Origin: Octopus sinensis
Taxonomy: Eukaryota
Assembly: GCF_006345805.1 (NCBI RefSeq)
Contig: NW_021826186.1
Span: 1-13,510 of the forward strand
Direction of reading: 5' to 3'
DNA length: 13,510 nt
Positions 1-10,400 of this stretch are shown piece by piece. The position numbers were made by a program, and so were the translations under genes. Each line of letters opens with the position of its first letter. The stretch's first letter is position 1. The notes under the pieces are model-generated. The model worked only from the letters and a program-made list of their open reading frames with translations, had not been told where the DNA came from and did no database searches.

Positions 1-206
1 AAGTATTTCATTGGTGACCTTTGGAATTTTAGTACGTCTGTAACTGGAATTGTTTCAAGAGATACCGATCTTTATGGAATTTTTAGCCGAGCTTAGACGT
101 TTTATTTGATATCATATAATCAATTGTCGTGATGTTTTCTTTTATACAGGACTGACATCTAATGGATACGTTGTGATATAATATGGGTTTTTTCTTTTTC
201 TTAAAG

Positions 207-252
207 GTCTAGATGCAATTAGAAAAGAGCATGATGTTCTTGTATTCGGGAT
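207..252 (+). CDS. Candidate short coding exon of an unidentified host gene
   Basis: Polypyrimidine acceptor tttttctttttcttaaag ends at 206. The frame reads (G)LDAIRKEHDVLVFG, followed by a weak donor gtatat at 253. Phase-compatible with 324-417. Confidence 0.25.
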
Positions 253-323
253 GTATATATCGTATATTAATTGAAATGGTTGTAAAACCTATGAGTTGTA
301 GTCTCTATTATCAACTGCCTCAG

Positions 324-417
324 GTTTGGCTCGTTACATCAATGCATTTTCAAAGCACTTTCCATTGAGTCACAAGGACAATTGCACAAAATTCTAAATT
401 TATACCTGTTAATGTTT
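324..417 (+). CDS. Candidate coding exon of an unidentified host gene
   Basis: Acceptor ctgcctcag ends at 323. The frame (M)FGSLHQCIFKALSIESQGQLHKILNLYLLMF is stop-free, with a weak donor gtattt at 418 (phase 0, compatible with 681). Confidence 0.25.
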
Positions 418-680
418 GTATTTGTATTTATGTTTGTCTGCATCTGTGTTTGTATTTATGATAACATACTTTATTTTGTAGATATTTGATACTAAAGTTG
501 CGAGATTTTTCAGTGCAACTATAGCTAACATTTACTGTAATTTTATCAAATATTTTGTATTAACTGTGTGAATTAGACAAGTTCTTATGCATTAGGGCTA
601 AGAAATTCATGGTCATACGAAAAAAAAAAAAAATTAAAACTGAAACTGATATTTTGTATGTATTGCAATTTTATTTTAAG

Positions 681-790
681 CTTCTGCTGAGAAATTTCTT
701 TGAAACAGAGGAACTCTTGAGGAGTCTCTTCATTGAAAGGGATATATTAGTTTTGCCTGTTAAATGGGATTTTAATACTCTGGATGGGAA
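681..790 (+). CDS. Candidate coding exon of an unidentified host gene
   Basis: Acceptor ttttattttaag ends at 680. Only one frame is open: LLLRNFFETEELLRSLFIERDILVLPVKWDFNTLDG. Donor gtgaat at 791 comes just before the in-frame stop. Confidence 0.4.
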
Positions 791-894
791 GTGAATTATT
801 TATATGTAAAAGTCTTTTTTATTACATTTTCTGCGAAGAAGATATTTGCCGGTATTTAGGTTCGTGTTTTTTGTTCTCTAATAATGCATATAAT

Positions 895-1027
895 TATGCA
901 TGTGTGTACATGCATGACTGCATGTATGTATGCATGTATGCATGTATACACACACACGCACACATTTGTCCACGCACACACACGTCCACGCACGCGGCGC
1001 GCACACACACACACACACACACACATG
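895..1027. repeat. Compound microsatellite (TGCA/TGTA)n-(CA)n
   Basis: Directly visible short-period repeats. Confidence 0.95.
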
Positions 1028-1349
1028 TAGTTCATTGAGTTAAAGTGCGTATATTTCTATTTCAAAACTAGAACGGTAAAGTAGTCAATATCGAAGCAGT
1101 GTGTAAATATTTATTGTACATAACTCTCTGTTCTTATTCACAGTTGCTGAATATCGCTGACCACGTAACTGATTTTTGATCATTTAAGACATAGTATTTG
1201 TTATAAAATAATATAAGTGGTTTGTCATTAAAACATATAGAAAACAATAAAAAAGAAAAAATATAAATATATAGAAAATAATGTAAATAAGAAAGATAAA
1301 TATAGTTATTATATATATATATGTATGTGTGTATGTATTTAAAAAAAAA

Positions 1350-1788
1350 TTTTTTTTTTACTTGTTTCAGTCATTTGACTGCGGCCATGCTGGAGCACCG
1401 CCTTTAGTCGAGCAAATCGACCCCGGGACTTATTCTTTGTAAACCCAGAGTACTTATTCTATCAGTGTCTTTTGCCGAACCGCTAAGTGACGGGGATGTA
1501 AACACACCAGCATCGGTTGTCAAGCAATGCTAGGGGGACAAACACAGACACACAAACACACACATACACACATACATATATTATATATATATATACATAT
1601 ATACGGCAGACTTCTTTCAGTTTCCGTCTACCAAATCCACTCACAAGGCTTTGGTCGGCCCGAGGCTATAGCAGAAGACACTTGCCCAAGATGCCACGCA
1701 GTGGGACTGAACCCGGAACCATATGGTTGGTTAGCAAGCTACTTACCACACAGCCACCCCTGCGCCTATAGCCACTCCTGCGCCTATA
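1350..1788 (-). mobile_element. tRNA-derived SINE, family A (head, internal microsatellite, tail)
   Basis: Reverse complement reads gtggctgtgtggtaagtagcttgc...ggttccgggttcagtcccac (A/B-box-like), then gggcaagtgtc, an internal (TA)/(TG) tract, and a tail ending gcggtgctccagcatggccgcagtcaaatgactgaaacaagta plus an A-run. Collinear homolog at 7857-8415. Confidence 0.9.
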
Positions 1789-1799
1789 TTTGTGCATGT

Positions 1800-1978
1800 A
1801 TGTAAATATAAATATATATACATATATACTATATATATAACATACACATATATATATTATAATATATTTTATACATATAAATATTGAATTAAATATCATT
1901 ATACATAGCTGTATGCATATTATATATCATATATATATATATATATTATATATATTATTATATATATATTATATATCT
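1800..1978. repeat. (TA)n-rich microsatellite
   Basis: Directly visible. Confidence 0.95.
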
Positions 1979-1980
1979 AA

Positions 1981-2282
1981 GAAGACTCCGCCGGTTTCGA
2001 CGACGAGGGTCCAGCTGATACGATCAACGGATTGCTCGTGAAATAACGTGCAAATGGCTGGATTCCACAGACACACGTGTACCCTTAACGTAGTTCTCGG
2101 GGATAATCAGCGTGACACTTGACAAGGCTGACCCTTTGAATACAAGTACAACTCATTTTTGCCAGCTGAGTGGACTGGAGCAACGTGAAATAAAGTGTCT
2201 TGCTCAAGACACAACGCGTGCCGGGAATCGAACTCACAACCTTACGACATGCCGAAGCCTAACCACTAAGCACGCTCCCTCA
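1981..2282 (-). mobile_element. tRNA-derived SINE, family B, tail type 1
   Basis: Reverse complement has A box tagtggttagg and B box gttcgattcc, then gcgttgtgtcttgagcaagacactttatttcacgttgctccagt, which is shared with the copy at 3567-3835. Confidence 0.85.
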
Positions 2283-2434
2283 CATATTATATTATATATT
2301 TATATTATATATATATTATATATATCATTATATATAGATACACACACATATATATAAAAATAAATACGTACAATCATTCTATATACATAAAAGCATACAT
2401 GCATACTACATACATACATACATACATACATACA

Positions 2435-2469
<35 letters not shown>

Positions 2470-2470
2470 G
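2283..2470. repeat. (TA)n and (TACA)n microsatellites
   Basis: Directly visible. Confidence 0.95.
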
Positions 2471-2490
2471 TTTATGTTGAAACTGAAGTT

Positions 2491-2550
2491 AAATAGCGGT
2501 GCCCCAACATGGCCACAGCTTGTGAGCTGAAACTAGATGCAGTAAAAAGA
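2491..2550 (+). mobile_element. Isolated 3' tail fragment related to the family A SINE tail
   Basis: gcggtgccccaacatggccacag...ctgaaac...gtaaaaag matches the tails at 1358-1410 (minus strand) and about 8354-8405. Confidence 0.5.
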
Positions 2551-2634
2551 AATAAAATATATGTAATTAACCTCAATGAACAGAGATCTTTACACTGAAG
2601 ATAGTGCAATATCTCGGCATCTTCTCATATATTT

Positions 2635-2965
2635 ATTTACTTAAGCCATTCGAACCCCATGGAACATAGGCCATCGACAACCTTTCTTCATTGTTCTCGA
2701 CTCTGTGCTCTCTTTTTTCCTTGAGGGTCTCTCCCATGTCATGTTTATTTTGAATTGTCATCGATGCTTTTGTAACTTCGCTTTTTTTCTACACAAATCC
2801 ATTTTTTTTTCTCTGGAAAGAGGTAGTCCATGTTAGTATGACCTCTATCCATTCACCTGTCCACAACGAGGGCCTTACTGAAAGCTAGCTTTCCACTAGC
2901 GTAACTCTCAGAGTCACCGAGTCATACAAGACACCACACCACACACTGACTGGACCATTAAGTGG
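2635..2965 (-). mobile_element. Non-autonomous RTE-LINE derivative (5' UTR-like part joined to ORF 3' end), copy 1
   Basis: The minus strand ends in RAQSREQ*RKVVDGLCSMGFEWLK* plus a taagtaaat tail, resembling RTE-clade C-termini. The 5' part is homologous to 5881-6045. Candidate 13-bp TSD ttct(c/t)atatattt at 2622-2634 and 2966-2978 (one mismatch). Confidence 0.75.
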
Positions 2966-3223
2966 TTCTTATATATTTGGTGAAGAATAATTCTATTTCC
3001 CAAAAGAATATGTTCAGAAAATGCCTCATTCAAAACTGGACGATGCTGTTCGAAGAACGAGGGGAAAAGGTTTTTTTTTTATATAACTAAGGATAATCTA
3101 ATCCAGTGTTTCTCAACCATTTTTTAACTATAGACACCTTTGATTCCAATTTTACTCGGATTGACCCTTATAGTTATTCAATGTTTAAAATGTCCTATTA
3201 TAAATAAATATTATTCGGAATTG

Positions 3224-3463
3224 AAAGGCGGCGAGCTGGCAGAAACGTTAGCACGCCGGGCGAAATGCGTACCCACATTTCGTCTGCCGTTACGTTCTGA
3301 GTTCAAATTCCGCCGAGGTCGACTTTGCCTTTCATCCTTTCGGTATCGATAAATTAAGTACCAGTTACGTACTGGGGTTGATGCAATCGACTTAATCCGT
3401 TTGTCTGTCCTTGTTTGTCCCCTCTGTGTTTAGCCCCTTGTGGGTAGTAAAGAAATATATAAT
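3224..3463 (+). mobile_element. tRNA-derived SINE, family C, monomer
   Basis: A-box-like tggcagaaacgttag, B box gagttcaaattcc and core gcctttcatcctttcggtatcgataaattaagtacc. Perfect 19-bp TSD taaatattattcggaattg at 3205-3223 and 3464-3482. Highly similar to 5062-5292. Confidence 0.92.
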
Positions 3464-3566
3464 TAAATATTATTCGGAATTGTATAAAAAAGATAATAAT
3501 ATTTTGCGTATTGTAGAAGTATAACTAATTTATTGAAGATAAATTTTATCAACTAAGACTAATATG

Positions 3567-3835
3567 TGAAGGCGCGTGACCTAGTGGTTAGGCTGTTGCA
3601 CTCACAATCGCTAGATTGTGGGTTTGATTCCCTGATTGGGCGGCGCGTTGTGCTCTTGAACAAAACACTTTGTTCCACGTTGTCCCAGTAACCCTTCCGA
3701 TCAAGGAGGAATGTTGGCCTACTCACCTAGCCAGCAGGGTGGCGTCATCTGAAGGCTAAAACAATGCAAAACGCATTGTGACCAGCGATATGTAACAACA
3801 TTTGATAGCTTGGTCAGTCACGTGATCACGTGAAA
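3567..3835 (+). mobile_element. tRNA-derived SINE, family B, tail type 2
   Basis: A box tagtggttagg and B-box-like gggtttgattccc. The middle region is shared with 1981-2282. 9-bp TSD actaatatg at 3558-3566 and 3836-3844. Confidence 0.88.
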
Positions 3836-3933
3836 ACTAATATGGACTTCCAAGGGCCATATGGACCCCGGTTGAGAACCACTGATCTAATCGATCAAAG
3901 AAGATATACATCAGGACCATTGAAAATAGCAAC

Positions 3934-4125
3934 CACACACACACACAACGCAGACTTATTCATATAAATGCACAATTTCACACATGCGTATACTCAGATA
4001 CACACACACACACACACACACACAGCACACACACACACACACACACACATACACACGCACATACACACACACACACTCACATACACACACACACACTCAC
4101 ATACACACAACACACATACACACAG
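3934..4125. repeat. (CA)n microsatellite, interrupted
   Basis: Directly visible. Confidence 0.95.
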
Positions 4126-4447
4126 AGTTCATGCGCATACTGTTAATTGTACACAGCATACAAGTCGTACGCAATTTTACACATGCACAGCATATAGGCA
4201 AGTCAAAGTATTGGGATAGCTATGATTTTATTTTTATTTTCTCGGAGTAAATTCAATCATTTCAAATACAAAAATTAATTAAAATTTATTTAGATTACCA
4301 ATTGAATATAATTTATTTAACTGTAATTACCATCCCACCATATTTTATTTTCGTATTCAGGACTTTTATTTTCGTAATTTTTGTAATGTGTTGGGTAGTT
4401 TTTTGTTGCTGTTGTTGTTTTTGCTTCTTCCATGACTTAATTTAAAG

Positions 4448-4779
4448 GTGATTATAGAATTCAAATTGATAGCAGTTTTAAATGTGATAATGACATTAAT
4501 CTGATAATAATATTAAGACATCTTTTCTCGAAAATTCTGGAAATTTCTGAAATATATCGAAATAGACTATACGAGTTAATGTTTTCTTCTTTTGCTCATT
4601 ACTTGCTTGCCGTGTTAAAGATGCAAATGTCGTGTTGCCGTGAGGAAGGGTTTATTGATCTATTGGTTGGCTTTCTTCGAAATGTTGGTGATGAAAAGAG
4701 ATTTGACAACGCAGATATGAGAACAGTCCTTCGAAGCAGAGCTTATTTTGTTATTACGGCATGTTTATTACTATTTTAG
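4448..4779 (+). CDS. Candidate coding exon, the longest non-repetitive open frame (3' boundary uncertain)
   Basis: Stop-free frame 4441-4776 (GDYRIQIDSSFKCDNDINLIIILRHLFSKILEISEIYRNRLYELMFSSFAHYLLAVLKMQMSCCREEGF...) follows a pyrimidine tract and a tttaaag acceptor at 4447. Possible donor gtgagg at 4640. No protein family recognised. Confidence 0.4.
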
Positions 4780-5061
4780 AATGGACCACCTCGTGTTTCG
4801 TAAAAGAAAAACCTTTTCTTTCTATCAAGAAAAAAATACTGGTATGCATTTTTTATTTGAAACATTAAATATTGCCTCCGAAGTTACAAGTTTTTATTCA
4901 ATATATTGGTAACGTACAGATATATAGCGCACAACTGAAATACATATAGAGGTTTCTACAAATTGTGAGCAGAAGAAATACTTTCAGATATTCGAACTAG
5001 CTTCTTATTGAAATAAAATTTCACAAACGATCATCAATGATGCAATATAACTATATTTGTA

Positions 5062-5462
5062 AGGTGGCGAGCTGGCAGAAACGTTAGCACACTGGGCGAA
5101 ATGCTTAGCAGCATTTCGTCTGCCGTTACGTTGTGAGTTCAAATTCCGCCGAGTTCGACTTTGCCTTTCATCCTTTCGGGGTCGATAAATTAAGTACAAG
5201 TTACGCACTGGGGTCGATGTAATTGACTTAATCCCTTTGTCTGTCCTTGTTTGTCCACTCTATGTTTAGCCCCTTGTGGGTAGTAAAGAAATAGGTATTT
5301 CGTCTGTCTTTACGTTCTGAGTTCAAATTTCGCTGAGGTCGAATTGGCCTTTCATCCTTTCTGGTGTCGATAAATTAAATACTAGTTGCGCACCGGAGTC
5401 GATCTCATTGACTGGCTCCCTCCTCAAAAATTTTGGGCCTTGTGCCTAGAGTAGAAAAGAAA
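5062..5462 (+). mobile_element. tRNA-derived SINE, family C, dimer
   Basis: A full monomer runs to about 5292, then a second headless monomer (tatttcgtctgtc...gagttcaaatttcgctgaggtcga...) with a different tail. One 15-bp TSD ataactatatttgta (5047-5061 and 5463-5477) brackets both. Confidence 0.92.
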
Positions 5463-5504
5463 ATAACTATATTTGTATAAGATGCTACAATACACTACTA
5501 GACG

Positions 5505-5625
5505 CATCGGTTATTGACTAGGATGCTTGGACCCACAATCATAGGATAGTGGGTTCGATTTCTGACTGGATGGAACGTTATCTCCTTAAATAAGGTACTA
5601 TATGTCACATTGATAAGCTGAAAAT
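5505..5625 (+). mobile_element. Highly decayed SINE head, family B-like
   Basis: ttggacccacaatcataggatagtgggttcgatttctgactgg resembles ttgcactcacaatcgctagattgtgggtttgattccctgattgg of the 3567 copy and keeps a B-box-like gttcgattt. Confidence 0.35.
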
Positions 5626-5871
5626 AAGTACCATCTAAGTCGTGTGTAACTGTCTCCCTTCGAGCTGTCAAACACTGGGTATTGTGTTGAGACAAGGGTG
5701 ATAGTTCTGAGAGGGTATCTATGTCTGCTCGTGATTACACAGACATCTAAAACAATAAGCGAAAGCGTAGTACACATTATCATTACCAAGTTATTCTCAT
5801 TTGCGACTGACGGCTATATTTTTTATGCTATAACTGATTACTAGTTTTGACATCAAGCAACGTATAGTAAT

Positions 5872-6398
<527 letters not shown>

Positions 6399-6434
6399 AA
6401 GCACGGTATTGTAATAGTTTTGTTGTTATTACAG

Positions 6435-7367
6435 GCATAAATTCGATAGGAGTTAGAGGCTAAAGACAGAAATGTATCGCCAGTATCAAAACGTAAGAAG
6501 CATTGTAGACGTACTGATACTATTAGGACACAAGAATTTATTCAAAAAGTAAAGAAGACCATTGATGACAATCCCAGAATATCCATGAGGCTGATAGCAA
6601 AAGAACACCGTATGTCAGAAGGAACAATCCGAAATGTTGTCCACAAATCCATCAAATACAAATCTTATGCGATGAGAAAAGGTCATTTTATGTCAGAAAT
6701 AGTTAAGGGAAATCACTTAATCAGATCTAAAAGATTCCTGAACAAACTTAAAACTCAGCAGAGAAAGATGTAATTTGGTTCTTCTCAAACGAGAAAAACT
6801 TTGATCAAAATTAGAAAGTAAACAAGAAATGACAGAAGTTCCAAGAGTAATGCATACAAAATTTCCCGCAGCTTCGAATTAACTCTGCTGCCTACATAGA
6901 TGTTCTGAATACAGTGGTTAAGCCATGGATCGATAATGTACGCAACGGAAGACTTTATGTGTTTCAACAATACTCGGCATCATCACACAAGGCTACAGAG
7001 GAATGGATGGCGGAAAATTTTCATCACATAGCCCCCAATATTTGACCTCCATTGGACTATATGTATGGAGTGTAGTTGAGAAAGAGATTAATGAGCACCC
7101 TCATAACACCAAAGAATCCCCAAAAGGCTCCATAGTCAGAGTAATGTCCAATATGAACATATACCACTTAATCCTAGCATGTAGGCGATTCAGACCTCGC
7201 ATAGAAGCCATTATTGAAGCCGAAGGAGACGTTATTGAATAAAATGGCGAAACAATAAGTTTATTCTTATCTTGAAAACCTTTTTCAGTAAAAAGACATT
7301 AATGTCTGTTTCTAAGAGTCATTTTTGTGTACGTATATAACTGTCCTCAAACACCTTATGCACCTTG
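6435..7367 (+). mobile_element. 5'-truncated Tc1/mariner transposon, maT (DD37D)-like
   Basis: Degenerate transposase followed by a 3' end ...tgcaccttg|TA (reverse complement TA-CAAGGTGC), typical of Tc1/mariner termini. No matching left TIR found. Confidence 0.85.
6450..7242 (+). pseudogene. Tc1/mariner (maT-like) transposase pseudogene
   Basis: Reads ELEAKDRNVSPVSKRKKHCRRTDTIRTQEFIQKVKKTIDDNPRISMRLIAKEH...KRFLNKLK, then (with frameshifts) WFFSNEKNFDQ, VPRVMHTKFP, VKPWIDNVRNGRLYVFQQYSASSHKA, LDY, VWSVVEKE...ACRRFRPRIEAIIEAEGDVIE*. Contains stops, frameshifts and deletions. Confidence 0.9.
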
Positions 7368-7394
7368 TAGATACAAACGGTTATACTTATATTG

Positions 7395-7523
7395 AATTTG
7401 AGATGGTGAAATATTTCATCAGACCAATTATGACTGGACAATTTGAGATGTTGAAATACTTATTTCATCAGATAAAACTTGATTGGTTAATTTAAGATGA
7501 TAAAATATTACATCTGAACTATG
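7395..7523. repeat. Three-copy 45-49 bp tandem repeat
   Basis: Units begin aattt(g/a)agatg at 7395, 7440 and 7489. Each contains aaata...tt(t/a)catc(a/t)ga. Confidence 0.8.
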
Positions 7524-7856
7524 CAGCAACGAATTGTGTAGTTTATTTCCATGTAAATGAAATACATGCATAAACGTAATTAATTGGAATTTCTACATAA
7601 TGCATGTGCTAAAACCAAAAACTTTCTCATTTTGAAAACTGTAGGTGATGTCAAAAAACGAATTGTATATTTGAAATCAGCATTAAAAACTACACTAAGT
7701 ACACCTTGGCATATGATTGATGAAAAATACTTGTTGACCAGTGTAATTTTGGCTTCAGGGTTAATTTCCACAGAAACGAAAGGAAAGGACCCACATTCCG
7801 TTATAGTTCAAGGACTCTGAATCTGGAAGAAGGAAAAGAGAAAATTATCTTCAGAC

Positions 7857-8415
<559 letters not shown>

Positions 8416-8697
8416 TCAGACACCAGACGCGAATGCTTGCAACAAGCGGTGATGTTAAACTGTGCGAACTTATTTCCTTTATGTTAAATTTTTTTATCAT
8501 GTTCTCGATTTCGTTCCATAGAATTAAGGTTGTTCAAGCGTAACGAACTTGTTCCCGATGTTTGTACATTTCGATTATGACTCTAATTGCCTTCCATAGA
8601 TAAGATTGTTGAAAGTGTAACTCGCGTATACACATCGTAACAAGTAGAATAATATTTTGTCATGTACGAAGCCATTTATTGTGATTGTTTTAGTGTT

Positions 8698-8723
8698 TGT
8701 TGTTGTTGTTGTTGGTGGTGGTA

Positions 8724-8772
<49 letters not shown>

Positions 8773-8790
8773 CTGTGTGTGTGAATGTAT
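8698..8790. repeat. (GTT)n/(GGT)n and (TG)n microsatellites
   Basis: Directly visible. Confidence 0.9.
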
Positions 8791-8996
8791 GTAGATATTT
8801 TATTCATTTCTGCTTTCTGGCTAATGTTATCGTTATTGTTATATATTCATGTATGCTGATATTAATATCCTTATTATTGTTGTTAGAGACGTTGTAGGCA
8901 AGCCCAACGACCACCAGCAGCACCAACACCACCACAACATACGCACGCATTTTTATTTTCATCTTTTTTATTTTATTTTACGATTTAATACTTTAG

Positions 8997-9073
8997 AAAT
9001 TTCTATGATCCGTCCGATTCCTAGCGGCTTTATCTTCTTGCACAACCAAGTGCTAGTAAACCTACTTAAAATG
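8997..9073 (+). CDS. Candidate coding exon
   Basis: A long T-rich tract ends in ctttag at 8996. The only open frame reads (E)ISMIRPIPSGFIFLHNQVLVNLLKM, followed by donor ATG|gtataa. Confidence 0.3.
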
Positions 9074-9469
9074 GTATAAAGCGCTTAGATTTACATCGTT
9101 TACATTGCTTCAACAAAATTTATTAGATTTTATGTCTATTTTCATACTAAAAGAAAGGCGAACAAAAACGATGTTGATCTTTTTTTCTTTTATGCCTTCT
9201 TTATTTGATATATTTTTCCACACACACACTCATACTCACAAACACATTTTTGCTTGTGGTTTCTTTTAAACAATGAAGATATCTTACGAAATGGGATATT
9301 TGTTCGTATAGTACAGTAAGTAGTTTTTGCAATTCTCTCTACTTTTTTAAGCGATAAAAAATATTTGTTCAATCTCAAAACATACTACTGGAAGATTGCT
9401 CAACCGATCTATACAGTAGATTTAGTAAATTGACTTACAGGATTTATTATCTTTCTTTATGCCCTCTCT

Positions 9470-9639
9470 CTACTCTGTCTGTCTGTCTGTCTGTCTGTCG
9501 CCTGCCTGCATGCCTGCCTGCCTGCCTGTCTGTCTGTCTTGCTCGCACGCTCTCTTCGTCGTCTGTATTTTATTCATTGATAATGGTGACAATAATTATA
9601 TTTTTTGCTTGTTTCTTGTGTATGTGCTTGCTCGCTTGC

Positions 9640-9676
<37 letters not shown>

Positions 9677-9728
9677 CGCGTGTGTGTGTGTGTGTGTATG
9701 TGTGCGTGTGTGTGTGTGTGTGTGTGTG
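9470..9728. repeat. (TCTG)n/(CCTG)n and (TG)n(CG)n microsatellites
   Basis: Directly visible. Confidence 0.9.
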
Positions 9729-9897
9729 AATTGTAATGTTGGCAAGGTTGATGGATATTCAAATGTAAAACACCATTTGAAACTGTCAACATGAGTCTGG
9801 CAGAATTTGACATAAATCATACCTGTCACTGTCACAGGTAAACAGCTGTGACACTATATGTATCGTATACTGATAAATTAAATGTTTTATTTCATAG

Positions 9898-9936
9898 ACA
9901 ATATCTGGGCAGAAAAAGAATCCTGGAACAATCCGG
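9898..9936 (+). CDS. Candidate 39-bp exon, with an alternative 75-bp form ending at 9972; reading frame ambiguous
   Basis: Acceptor gttttatttcatag at 9897. Donors CGG|gtaaga at 9937 and CAA|gtaagt at 9973. All three frames are open over the 39 bp. Confidence 0.45.
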
Positions 9937-10078
9937 GTAAGATCTGTTTCGACATGGTTAAATGATATCCAAGTAAGTAATATCTAGATACTATGCAAGC
10001 ATAAGAAAAAAGAAAGAAAACTGACAACGAGCAAACTCAAAGTATTGCAGTGTGTACATGAAAAATAAGTAAAATGAT

Positions 10079-10108
10079 TTGACGTTTCAGACATTGGTCT
10101 GTCATCAA
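10079..10108 (-). ncRNA. Degenerate minimal hammerhead-ribozyme-like motif
   Basis: The minus strand reads UUGAUGA-C-AGAC-CAAU-GUCU-GAAA-C-GUC-AA. This follows the CUGANGA / stem II / GAAA / UH order but has a non-canonical first core base. Confidence 0.3.
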
Positions 10109-10350
10109 GCAGGAAGGATGGAAAAGGCAAGGACAAATGGAAATTAAACTGATTTTCTCTCAAACATAGTTAACCCTACCGTCTGCTGTTCCATGCAACC
10201 TCATTCATTTCTTTAAAACACAGTACCTCAACAACAAATTTTACAACCTTTTGTCATCTTCCAAACGGCAAACTTTGCTTACTTTTCCGACTGGGTTGCA
10301 CTTCCTTCCATATCACTCGCGACATCTTCTGTTGTTTTTACCTTCTCCAG

Positions 10351-10400
10351 AGATCTACTTCTCATGGAGGCTGAATGAACCTTCTTTAGCCGAAGCCTAA
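10351..10400 (+). CDS. Candidate terminal coding exon
   Basis: Strong acceptor ttctgttgtttttaccttctccag at 10350. All frames stop within 50 nt: (E)IYFSWRLNEPSLAEA*, RSTSHGG* or (G)DLLLMEAE*. Confidence 0.4.

Larger units (their letters stand above)
3104..3884. mobile_element. Non-autonomous hAT (Charlie-like) DNA transposon / MITE with two nested SINEs
   Basis: 15-bp terminal inverted repeats (TIRs) cagtgtttctcaacc (3104-3118) and ggttgagaaccactg (3870-3884), one mismatch. Perfect 8-bp TSD atctaatc at 3096-3103 and 3885-3892. An 8-bp TSD and CAGTGGTTCTCAA-type ends are established hAT/Charlie hallmarks. Confidence 0.9.

Noticed and set aside
1-96. Open frame KYFIGDLWNFSTSVTGIVSRDTDLYGIFSRA* at the window edge
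   Set aside because: Too short, with no upstream context and no good donor. It cannot be supported.
1985-2050. Possible hammerhead in the family B SINE tail (ctgata...gaaa)
   Set aside because: No CUGANGA core with a pairable stem II on either strand.
3007-3070. Possible small exon before the MITE (acceptors at 3006 and 3017, donor gttttt)
   Set aside because: All three frames are open and the donor is weak, so there is no way to choose a model.
3224-3320. tRNA-like A/B boxes here and in the other SINE heads
   Set aside because: They continue into SINE cores and tails, usually with TSDs, and no complete cloverleaf is evident. Not called as tRNA genes.
7395-7523. CRISPR-like look (palindromic repeat, regular spacing); likewise 13041-13390
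   Set aside because: Units are degenerate, spacers are too short or microsatellite-like, no cas genes are present, and the context is eukaryotic.
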